Positions 9,292 through 17,082 of a stretch of DNA of 64,000 nt are shown piece after piece. The notes beneath the pieces are model-generated. The model saw only the letters and a program-made list of their open reading frames with translations, was not told the DNA's origin and did not search any database. The position numbers and the translations under genes are program-made. Location of the stretch: the NCBI GenBank assembly GCA_001771065.1, contig MESQ01000034.1:7990-71989 (forward strand). The letters are read 5' to 3'. Each line of letters starts with the position of its first letter. Position 1 is the stretch's first letter. The stretch is from Burkholderiales bacterium RIFOXYD12_FULL_59_19. GTDB lineage: Bacteria > Pseudomonadota > Gammaproteobacteria > Burkholderiales > Burkholderiaceae_C.

Positions 9292-9524
9292 GTCCGCAAG
9301 CGGTATCAAAACCACCCAAGCGATCACTGAATCAGCTTCAGGACGGCTGGCAAATTGAACTTGATGTCGAATTTGTCCGGCAATACGTTGACCTGTTCCT
9401 CTCGACCTCGATATGTATCTAATAATGCGGGGGATGTCCAAATGGGACGCTGACGACAAAACCAACGCTCGCTCCCGCGAGGTAAGATGGCCTCTTCTTA
9501 GACATTGCAGATACACCATGCACC

Positions 9525-10832
9525 ATGAAAGCCGACGACAAATTCCTTAGGTTGAGACTGAAAAATCTTTCAAGCAAAGACTCAAACTATTGGGAATTCC
9601 GTCGTCAGGCCGCACGCAACGGCGTCCATGGAATGCTGCAGTACCCGGCGATGATGGTCCCTCAGATGCAGCGGGACGTGCTTCGACTCCTTCTTGAAGC
9701 GCGGCCAGAAACCTCTCGAATACTAGATCCATTCGTTGGTTCAGGAACAGTCATGACCGAAAGTATGGTGGCAGGGCAACCATTTACGGGGGTAGACATT
9801 AACCCACTTGCGATCCTTACTTGCCGAGCGAAGTCGCATATTCGTCGCTATAGGTTACTCAAGAAGAAGGTTGCCACTCTGACCGCTTTAATCCTTTTCG
9901 ACGAACATCAGAACATAGAAATAGAGTTCTTTGGTCGAGACAAATGGTTTACGCGTCAGGCCTTGATTTCACTTTCTCGAATCCGCCAGTCTATTCAAAA
10001 GGAACCGGACCAATGGGCCAGAGAAATTTTCTGGACAACATTGGCTGAAACAGTACGGCAAACTAGCAATTCTCGAACATCAACATATAAGCTGCATTTG
10101 CGCCCTGCACACGAGATTGAGCAGCTTCCAGACCCCGTGGACGTATTCTTGACCAGGTTGGCTGCGGTATACGAGCAATTTGAATATCACGGAAGTAGTT
10201 TATCTAGGAATCCGAGCAATTTGAGAGTTAAACCGGCTTTGCATTGCGATTCGATCATGAATCTTGCTTCCTATGGCCGATCAAAATTTGCCCTTGTCGT
10301 TACTTCTCCACCTTATGGTGATAATCATTCGACTGTGCCATATGGGCAATTCTCGTACTTAGCCTTGAGTTGGATTGATGCCGGTGATCTACCTGGTATC
10401 GAAACAAAGAAGTTGAATACGCGAAGTGTCGATACAGGAAGTTTGGGCGGCAGCGCAGTTTATTCACGCGACGCGTGCCTTGAATTGGAAGATTCGTCGC
10501 CATCTTTCAAGACGTTCATTACTGAGTTACGACTCCAAGGTCGTAAGGATCTTGAGAGCAAAGTCATTTCGTTTTCGAATGATTTTTTTCAATCAATAAA
10601 AGTCATAGTTAATGCAATGGACACAGGAGGCTATGCCGCGTGGACCCTCGGCAACCGAACCGTTGGTGGACTTGTCGTTCCACTCACAGATATTTGTCGA
10701 GAGTTACATCATGTTTGCGGTGCAAGGCATGTGGATACTGTACGTCGGAAGATTCCTTCCAAGCGCACCCCATCTCGCAATTCAATTAGCGAAACTATGA
10801 GCAGTGAATGCCTACTCTTAGTTGGCACTTAG
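9525..10832 (+). CDS. Alpha-class amino-DNA methyltransferase, M.MvaI-like (probable N4-cytosine)
   Basis: YPAMMVPQ, motif I DPFVGSGT, DINP, motif IV VVTSPPYGD..TVPYGQFS, C-terminal NRTV and RKIPSKR.PS.NS. The order is motif I before motif IV. Confidence 0.88.
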   Translation: MKADDKFLRLRLKNLSSKDSNYWEFRRQAARNGVHGMLQYPAMMVPQMQRDVLRLLLEARPETSRILDPFVGSGTVMTESMVAGQPFTGVDINPLAILTCRAKSHIRRYRLLKKKVATLTALILFDEHQNIEIEFFGRDKWFTRQALISLSRIRQSIQKEPDQWAREIFWTTLAETVRQTSNSRTSTYKLHLRPAHEIEQLPDPVDVFLTRLAAVYEQFEYHGSSLSRNPSNLRVKPALHCDSIMNLASYGRSKFALVVTSPPYGDNHSTVPYGQFSYLALSWIDAGDLPGIETKKLNTRSVDTGSLGGSAVYSRDACLELEDSSPSFKTFITELRLQGRKDLESKVISFSNDFFQSIKVIVNAMDTGGYAAWTLGNRTVGGLVVPLTDICRELHHVCGARHVDTVRRKIPSKRTPSRNSISETMSSECLLLVGT

Positions 10833-12005
10833 CGGTTGTTTCCTGAAAATCAGTAAAGACTCATCATTAATATGAGGGCGCTGGCTACGGCGAATCGCTA
10901 CGTCTCGAACTATCTGCATTGATAGAGGCAACCCAATATCATTTAGTGCTTCGATAAGTTGCGGGATAGTTTCACGCCGCTTGCTGGATTGCCCAAGAAT
11001 CATGCAGCAGTAGCCGCCAGGTTGAAGAACTCGTTCCACTTGAACAAAGACAGCTTTGATGTCTGAGATGTATTCTTCAAACGCTTTCAAACGCGTGCGC
11101 TTACTTCTTGCGCCTGTCTCCATCGTTCGGTAGATTTGAATGTCTAAACCGAACCATTCCATCGTTAGGCGCTGCGCTTTTACGTAGTCAACGACACCAA
11201 AATACGGAGGTGAACAAACGACCAAAGCAAATTCGTTATTTTGATGTTGACTTAATGCGACAGCTGAGTCATTACATTCGAACTTAATACTAGGAAGTGA
11301 TTGCGGACCTTTGTTCAACCGCCTATCACGCTCTACATAGGCCACACATAACGCACGAACTGCTTCTTCGAAAAGAGAAAATGCATTGGCATATGACTTG
11401 TCGAGAGGACGCGTATTGTCGCAAATATATCCCCAATGACGGGTTTCACTACAAGCTGACATCAAGATTGAACTGAAGCAGAACTCCATCATGATTCGGC
11501 TTACTCCAGAACAACTTTGGATATATGTCCAAAGCACTGATAGCTCGAATAACGTTGCCGGGTGGTACCACTTCGACCCCTGAACTGTGGGAGGGACCAC
11601 AAGTTTAAGGGATTCGTTATTCAAACTAGTGGCGAGCCGCTCGTCTAGTATGCGTCGCAGGTGTTCAGTCATGATCACTTGAATACGGGAGGCTTTTACT
11701 GCAAATGTCTTTGCTCTACCAATGAGCGTTGAAATTGGATTGATATCAATCCCTAAAGCGAGCCGACCAAGGCGTTGAGCTTCCAATATTGTTGTCCCTG
11801 AACCGCAGTATGGGTCGAGCACAGAGTCGCCAGGACTTGATAGAGTGCCGATCAAGGCTGCGGGAATTTGGGAAATGAGACGCCCAGGATAAAAGTGGAG
11901 TGCAGAAAACTGTGACGCGGACTGGTCTCCCTCATAGTCCCAGTCCATATCCCGCAATCGTTCCAGGGGATCAGAATAATGATTTGGCTGAAGCATTTTT
12001 TCCAT
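10818..12005 (-). CDS. Second alpha-class amino-DNA methyltransferase (SPPY)
   Basis: HFYPGRL, DPYCGSGT, GIDINP, VVCSPPYFGVVDY and RVLQPGG motifs. Start placed at ATG 12005 (alternative 11996), overlapping the HD gene 3' end. Confidence 0.85.
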   Translation of the reverse strand: MEKMLQPNHYSDPLERLRDMDWDYEGDQSASQFSALHFYPGRLISQIPAALIGTLSSPGDSVLDPYCGSGTTILEAQRLGRLALGIDINPISTLIGRAKTFAVKASRIQVIMTEHLRRILDERLATSLNNESLKLVVPPTVQGSKWYHPATLFELSVLWTYIQSCSGVSRIMMEFCFSSILMSACSETRHWGYICDNTRPLDKSYANAFSLFEEAVRALCVAYVERDRRLNKGPQSLPSIKFECNDSAVALSQHQNNEFALVVCSPPYFGVVDYVKAQRLTMEWFGLDIQIYRTMETGARSKRTRLKAFEEYISDIKAVFVQVERVLQPGGYCCMILGQSSKRRETIPQLIEALNDIGLPLSMQIVRDVAIRRSQRPHINDESLLIFRKQPLSAN

Positions 12006-13233
12006 TAATGTAGACTCTCGACAAACTCTCAACGTTGGTCGAGAACAATTTTGCGATGGATTCAATTAGGCCAGGCAATTCTTTCGAGATTCCCTTCGGT
12101 TGTGAACCAGAATAGAAAATGTAGACGATCAAGCTTTTTGATAGACGTCCAAATTCGAAATTCTCACCAGAGTCGTAGAGAAGGTTTAGCTTCTTACTAA
12201 AGCTTCCTCGTTCCTTGAACACATATACATGCCACTTAGCCACCGCAAGCACTTTTAGGAGTTCCTCCACCGCGTCCTGAATGGCCAATCGTGGGAGCGA
12301 GAACAGGGGGGTGTCTTGCCAATCAAACTTCAGTGTCAACAGTGGCTTCGGAAGCACGCCAAGGTAGTCATCACTGATCATCTTTCGCGTCTCTTTACTC
12401 TTCATTAGTCGCTCAAGCAATAGCTCATCAGTGAGTGTCCAATCTTCGGTTGTGACCAGCCCAGTCCTCATGGCTGCACGCAGGGCTTCTGTCAATATCG
12501 CTTGGCTAGCAACTGTGGCATGATCAAAAATTAGTACCTCATATACTTTTTCCCTCAAGGTGGCCCACGTCTCCAATAGCGGCATGCTTTGCTGAGCAAC
12601 TGTCAAATTGCCATCCTTATTAACAGCAAGCGCTTTTGCCAATTCGCTTGCTTCTGCACGCTGCATAGGGAAACCCAAGGACCACGCCATCCGCCACACA
12701 TTGTCTATGTTATCGAAATCAATACTTCCAAATATCAAGTGATGTAGGGAATGCCGTTTGCGTAAAATTTCCAATACAAGATCAATATCGATGTCTAAAC
12801 GAGAAGCCATCTTCATGACGCGTGGAGTTTTTCCCGCAAAGATTTGATGACCAGCATCCTCTTGTACGTGTTGTTGTAGAAGGGTATCCACCGCCGCAGT
12901 TTCGTGGTCCCATCCAAGTTCTTCTTTAAGAAGATACTCGAACAGATGACCGAAAGGCGGCGTGGCGACGTCATGAAGAATGATCGCAACTTCTAGCGCA
13001 TCCAGTTCTTTATTTGTGTGTGATGACCCGGCAGTTTTTCGCCACTGAGAAAACAGATGAAGCACACCAAGTGTGTGTGCATATCGACGTAGTTCCCCAA
13101 GGGTGGAGAGCGTTGGAGTCATCGAGTTAAGAAGTCGAATTTGCGACAGACGCCGAACTTCGGGTGCTGTCGCCAAAACTGAAGACAGTGGCGAGAGTTG
13201 AAATTCGCCGTATAACGGGTCAAAGATATTCAT
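11971..13233 (-). CDS. HD-superfamily phosphohydrolase, SAMHD1/dNTP triphosphohydrolase-like
   Basis: N-terminal IFDPLYG, RRL.QIR, RYAHTLGV, LHDVATPPFGH and D.DNID metal-binding residues. Confidence 0.85.
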   Translation of the reverse strand: MNIFDPLYGEFQLSPLSSVLATAPEVRRLSQIRLLNSMTPTLSTLGELRRYAHTLGVLHLFSQWRKTAGSSHTNKELDALEVAIILHDVATPPFGHLFEYLLKEELGWDHETAAVDTLLQQHVQEDAGHQIFAGKTPRVMKMASRLDIDIDLVLEILRKRHSLHHLIFGSIDFDNIDNVWRMAWSLGFPMQRAEASELAKALAVNKDGNLTVAQQSMPLLETWATLREKVYEVLIFDHATVASQAILTEALRAAMRTGLVTTEDWTLTDELLLERLMKSKETRKMISDDYLGVLPKPLLTLKFDWQDTPLFSLPRLAIQDAVEELLKVLAVAKWHVYVFKERGSFSKKLNLLYDSGENFEFGRLSKSLIVYIFYSGSQPKGISKELPGLIESIAKLFSTNVESLSRVYINGKNASAKSLF

Positions 13234-14525
13234 TTCCTTTTTCCGACCAATATCTTCAAGAGATCTTGAGGCTTAATTATTACGCCTGCTACCACTCCGA
13301 TAGCAGCTAAGAGCCACTTTGGGATAAGCGAACAGAACAGAATTATGGGAACTAGAAAGACAAGAAAGTTTTGCTCCGTCAGAAATTTCATCAAGTATTC
13401 TGCTGACGTAGCGATCACAATGGGGCCGTATAACGGAAGGGCGAATACCAACGCGGTCATTCGGGTGTAATCGATTTCCTTATTGGACCACCACCACAGC
13501 CTCGCAGGCCACAACGTATATTCCTTCCAGTCCTTTGGCATGGTCCAGGACTCGAGCGCGAATACAACAAGCCCTTGTTCCAAAGTGCTTGGCCGTTCGC
13601 CCTCCATGAAAAGGTGATTAGTGGATTTCGTAAGTGACGATTCGATTGTTTCCATTACCCTCGTGGCGTATAGATACTGTCGGCTCGGAAGGCCCTTTCC
13701 AAATAGCAGGTATGCCCCTAGTATGCCGATCGGTAGAATAAAATAGTCTCGTGCGTGATTGCCATTTTTTTTCTTGTAATCAAAAAAGTGCGTGTACCGA
13801 GACTTGACATTCACATTGTCTAGCGATACCTCAATGAGGTCTGACTTCACCTTTTTATTCGCCTTACCTTCCAGACTCAACATGATGGCAATCAATACGA
13901 TCAACTTGTAAGGTCTGCTCTTCTTTCTCTCATCAAGATATGATTTTTGTAGCTTCAAGCCAGCATCCACACGCACATTGTCGAAAACTGCGAATTCTGC
14001 AGAGTTTCCAGTACTCGTCCGCCTTATGATCGCGAGCAATATCAGAATAATTGCAGTTGAGAACTCCGATGGATGTTTTGGATTTTCAGGGAAATCAGCA
14101 TCGGTCCACAACCCATCCACGCCGAGTCGACGGTTTTTTAAAAGCTCCCAAACTTCTTGAACCACTATGTCGGTAAAGTCATGGCGGAAAGCAAGACCCG
14201 CCAGAAGGAAAGTTAGTCGCACGTTTTGGCGCAAATTGTCTTCACAATCGTCAAACGTGGTGCTTGTGCGCTCCTGCCAATATTGAGCTAACTCCGTGCG
14301 GGCATCTATGGCAGCTTGATCTTGTGATCGAAAATCTGCGCTATATGCTATGCAAGCGGCGACGCCGCCGTACAAACCAACTTGTGCTTGTTTTTGTGCT
14401 AAACCATCCAGGAACTGCCCCCAATGCAAGGGGTGCCCGGTCTTGTCTGCATGATGGTCAGTAAATTGCTTTCTAATGCCCGTCAAGAACGCGCTAACAG
14501 TCTTGTTCTGAAAGAGTTCAGCCAC
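13230..14525 (-). CDS. Hypothetical alpha-helical protein with C-terminal transmembrane helices
   Basis: 431 aa. GTG start abuts the upstream stop (TAAGTG) and its stop overlaps the HD ATG (ATGA). Two to three hydrophobic segments in the last about 75 aa. Confidence 0.8.
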   Translation of the reverse strand: MAELFQNKTVSAFLTGIRKQFTDHHADKTGHPLHWGQFLDGLAQKQAQVGLYGGVAACIAYSADFRSQDQAAIDARTELAQYWQERTSTTFDDCEDNLRQNVRLTFLLAGLAFRHDFTDIVVQEVWELLKNRRLGVDGLWTDADFPENPKHPSEFSTAIILILLAIIRRTSTGNSAEFAVFDNVRVDAGLKLQKSYLDERKKSRPYKLIVLIAIMLSLEGKANKKVKSDLIEVSLDNVNVKSRYTHFFDYKKKNGNHARDYFILPIGILGAYLLFGKGLPSRQYLYATRVMETIESSLTKSTNHLFMEGERPSTLEQGLVVFALESWTMPKDWKEYTLWPARLWWWSNKEIDYTRMTALVFALPLYGPIVIATSAEYLMKFLTEQNFLVFLVPIILFCSLIPKWLLAAIGVVAGVIIKPQDLLKILVGKRK

Positions 14526-15176
14526 TTATTCTTCTCCACGGAGTAAAACTTTTATTTGGTGGGCATTTTTTTCTGCCATATCGAAGCCAGGATGTGTGCG
14601 CCAACTGGCAAGTTCTTCGTTTCCCTGTTGTTCAGCGACCAACACACGTGCAAATTGTCTTGGAAGGCCTTCGGCAACTGGATAGACCTTAAACGATGAT
14701 GTACTCTCTGAAATCAGTAAATACTGGGGAAGAGCAACACCAAATTTGAGTGCTGCAGCGAGCGTACTAAACGTTGTACCTCCGTCTGAAAAACATTCAT
14801 CCGCGCTATCTAAAATGCTCGGCGCACCCGGGAACAGCAAGACATGCGGGTGAAAGCAGTGAACATTCTTTGTGTCGGCGAGTGTGCAAAGTGGTGAATG
14901 CCCATGCTCGGTCAATAGACAGCTTCCGAACTGGTTTGTAAGAATCTGACGGATTTTTCCCGTGTAGTCCGAAAACTGCTGGATTGTTGTTGCGTCCCGA
15001 ATTTTATCGAGATGTTCAATCGTAGCTACGATGGCATAACCTGGGGACAGTGGACCTATACCTGCAATCGTAAAGAACTTTGGTGCTACATCGACAAGCA
15101 ATCTGACTGCTGGTCTGCAAAGAAAACAATCGGTGCGTTCAAGTTCATACGTCGCAAAAGAGCTGAGATGTTCCAT
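14526..15176 (-). CDS. HIT-like / CwfJ-C-like nucleotide hydrolase
   Basis: CFLC zinc knuckle, GPLSPGY..V...EH, EHG..C and HCFHPH histidine motif. ATG 15176 lies 7 nt after the MazG stop. Confidence 0.7.
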   Translation of the reverse strand: MEHLSSFATYELERTDCFLCRPAVRLLVDVAPKFFTIAGIGPLSPGYAIVATIEHLDKIRDATTIQQFSDYTGKIRQILTNQFGSCLLTEHGHSPLCTLADTKNVHCFHPHVLLFPGAPSILDSADECFSDGGTTFSTLAAALKFGVALPQYLLISESTSSFKVYPVAEGLPRQFARVLVAEQQGNEELASWRTHPGFDMAEKNAHQIKVLLRGEE

Positions 15177-15183
15177 GCTTGTT

Positions 15184-15477
15184 TTATTTGTTAAGAATGC
15201 AACCATCATCAAACGCCCCTCGCGCCTTTCGTTTTGAATCTGCGGCGCAAGCGATATCCTCCACCGAATATCCTAACTGCCTGCCAATAGCGCAAAGGAC
15301 CTCAAAGACATCCGCACACTCATCTAACGACGGTGATTCGTTAAGCTCATCCGTTTCTTCGTGCAATTTTCGCAATAACCATGGGAGTAGCTCCGCATTG
15401 TGAACATGTCGCACGTCTGCGACTACGCCGCTTTCTCGCATGATGGTCGGAATCCGGTCGCGGACAAGTTTTTCCAT
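15184..15477 (-). CDS. MazG-like all-alpha nucleoside triphosphate pyrophosphohydrolase
   Basis: KLVRDRIP, KL.EE..E, E.AD..EV and KR..RG.F motifs. AAGGGGG RBS before ATG 15477. Confidence 0.88.
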   Translation of the reverse strand: MEKLVRDRIPTIMRESGVVADVRHVHNAELLPWLLRKLHEETDELNESPSLDECADVFEVLCAIGRQLGYSVEDIACAADSKRKARGAFDDGCILNK

Positions 15478-15691
15478 ACATCCCCCTTTGACCACATTAT
15501 CTGATTGCAGAGAACGCGACTCAATCGGATAGCTGAAGTTTTCTAACTTTCACCCAGAGGTAGCAACACTCGGGCGAATACCAACGTAGGGTTGGGGTAG
15601 GCCATTGAGGTCGGTACAGCCGCTAAGGGTCAGTGGCCGACCGTGATCAAGCTACCATCGGGCACCAAGCATCAAGGCTTCCATTGTCGCA

Positions 15692-15963
15692 TTAGCAGAC
15701 CAAGTGGAATAGTGATGATTGATCTACCCACATACTGACGAGGCAAACCCGAGTCAATTTTTCTAACTTTAGATTCCCGCATCCATCAGTCAGACAGGCT
15801 TGGGCGATTTCCGGTGCTAGCCGAATCAATCGTGCTGTCCTGCTTGCCTGGCCGAGGTCGATGCCTTCCGCTGTGGAAATCTCTGTCAGCGACCGATATT
15901 TACCCTCGTCCAGCAGATGCTGCCAGTAGTGCGCCAGACCCAATGCGCGGATCAACGGGCTGG
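15692..15963 (-). pseudogene. 3' fragment of the HTH-like hypothetical that normally follows recombinases in serine-recombinase islands
   Basis: SPLIRALGLAHYWQHLLDEGKYRSLTEI..AEGIDLGQASR..RL..LAPEI. There is no start of its own, and it is fused to the recombinase fragment. Confidence 0.6.
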
Positions 15964-16280
15964 GTGACAGACACGAATGACACGCCCTGGCGCTCGAACA
16001 CTTCGACCATTTTTGAGAAGTCGGCCAAGCTGCGGGTGAGGCGGTCAATTTTGTAGACCACCACAATGTCGACCAAACCGCGCTCAATGTCAGCCATGAG
16101 GCGCTTGAGTCCGGGCCGCTCAGTGTTGCCGCCAGAAAACCCTGGGTCGTCATAGTCGTCCACCACCGGAATCCAGCCCTCGGAGCGTTGGCTGGCAACG
16201 TAGGATTGCCCTGCCTCTTTCTGCGCATCAATGGAGTTGAATTCCTGCTCCAGCCGCTCGTCAGAAGAAACGCGGCAATA
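15961..16280 (-). pseudogene. Large serine recombinase, catalytic-domain fragment truncated at both ends
   Basis: YCRVSS..RLEQEFNSIDAQ, DPGFSGGNTERPGL, VVYKIDRLTRS and FVSVTQ motifs, after which the family sequence breaks off. No native start before the Tyr codon. Confidence 0.85.
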
Positions 16281-16283
16281 GCC

Positions 16284-16403
16284 TGGCCTGATTTGTCGCG
16301 GCGCCAACAGGCGACGATCAAGCGCTTCGATCAGGGGCTTAAAGCAATGACTGAGGGCAAGGACCCCGACAATATGCACTTCACCGACGAAGAGGATGGA
16401 TAA
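16284..16403 (+). pseudogene. Probable C-terminal fragment of an unidentified gene
   Basis: ..RRQQATIKRFDQGLKAMTEGKDPDNMHFTDEEDG* looks protein-like and begins at the recombinase breakpoint. The family was not recognised. Confidence 0.3.
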
Positions 16404-16708
16404 GGTGTGCGACTGGGCGTGTTGAAACGAGGGCGAACTACTATTCATCCGCCTATGTCAGTCATCATTCGATGTTCACCATTGCAAACGGTCATTTGTC
16501 AACCGGTGCATCGGCAATATGCTTTCAAGAGCATTTCAATGTCGACTTTCAGGCGCTAAAACCGGTTGTCGCTACGTCAGCTTAGGGTCATAACTTGCCC
16601 GTGGCAGCCAGAATTTGACTGACTCCAACGGGTCTTCTGGAGCCATCGCCGCACGCCGTTTGGCTCCAGTGGTCTGGGACCAAAATTGCGATTTTTAATA
16701 CTTTGCAA

Positions 16709-16790
16709 GGGCTGTGGGTCGGGCGGATGTCGGGGCCGATTTTAAAAAGCGAAGCGTATGAGGCCCCGGCGTCTGCCCGGCCCGCGGCCC
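16709..16790 (+). repeat. Long G-U-containing inverted repeat (29-bp stem, 24-nt loop)
   Basis: Arms 16709-16737 and 16762-16790 differ at 6 positions, all G-U compatible on the + strand. Confidence 0.8.
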
Positions 16791-16841
16791 GGGTACTGGG
16801 TACCGCAGCAACGTTAAGTGCATGATTGGCACAACAATTGC

Positions 16842-16865
16842 CATCAAATAATGCCACAATTGATG
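16842..16865 (+). promoter_or_regulatory. Putative vapBC operator palindrome
   Basis: CATCAA-N12-TTGATG 19 bp upstream of vapB, spanning a TAAT -10-like element. Confidence 0.4.
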
Positions 16866-16884
16866 CCTAACTTCAGGAATTGCC

Positions 16885-17082
16885 ATGCGCACCACCATTG
16901 CTCTTGACGACGATTTACTTGCAAAAGCAGAGTCATTGACAGGTTTATCTGAAAAAACGACGTTGATCCGCGAGGCCCTGCGAGCGCTGATTCAGCGAGA
17001 GAGTGCAAAAAGGCTCGCACTTCTGGGCGGCTCTGAGCCGCAGCTTAAAGACATTCCAAGACGGCAACCGGAGCCGGCATGA
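16885..17082 (+). CDS. vapB: Type II antitoxin, VapB family
   Basis: MRTTIALDDDLL..A ribbon-helix-helix-like start and EALRALI..ES..RLA.LGG. Overlaps vapC (ATGA). Confidence 0.88.
   Translation: MRTTIALDDDLLAKAESLTGLSEKTTLIREALRALIQRESAKRLALLGGSEPQLKDIPRRQPEPA

Noticed and set aside
8972-9519. ORFs 8972-9358 (+) and 9178-9519 (-)
   Set aside because: They cross a terminator and the dyad-rich att-like DNA, have no RBS and show non-protein-like composition.
9525-15495. A restriction endonuclease partner for the two methyltransferases
   Set aside because: No ORF shows a PD-(D/E)xK, HNH, GIY-YIG or PLD motif that I can recognise. A highly diverged nuclease cannot be excluded without structure prediction.
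15609-16590. Two similar motifs CAGCCGCTAAGGGTCA (15617) and CGTCAGCTTAGGGTCA (16575) as cassette-boundary repeats
   Set aside because: The shared core is short (about AGGGTCA) with only two copies, so chance cannot be excluded. Not attC-like.
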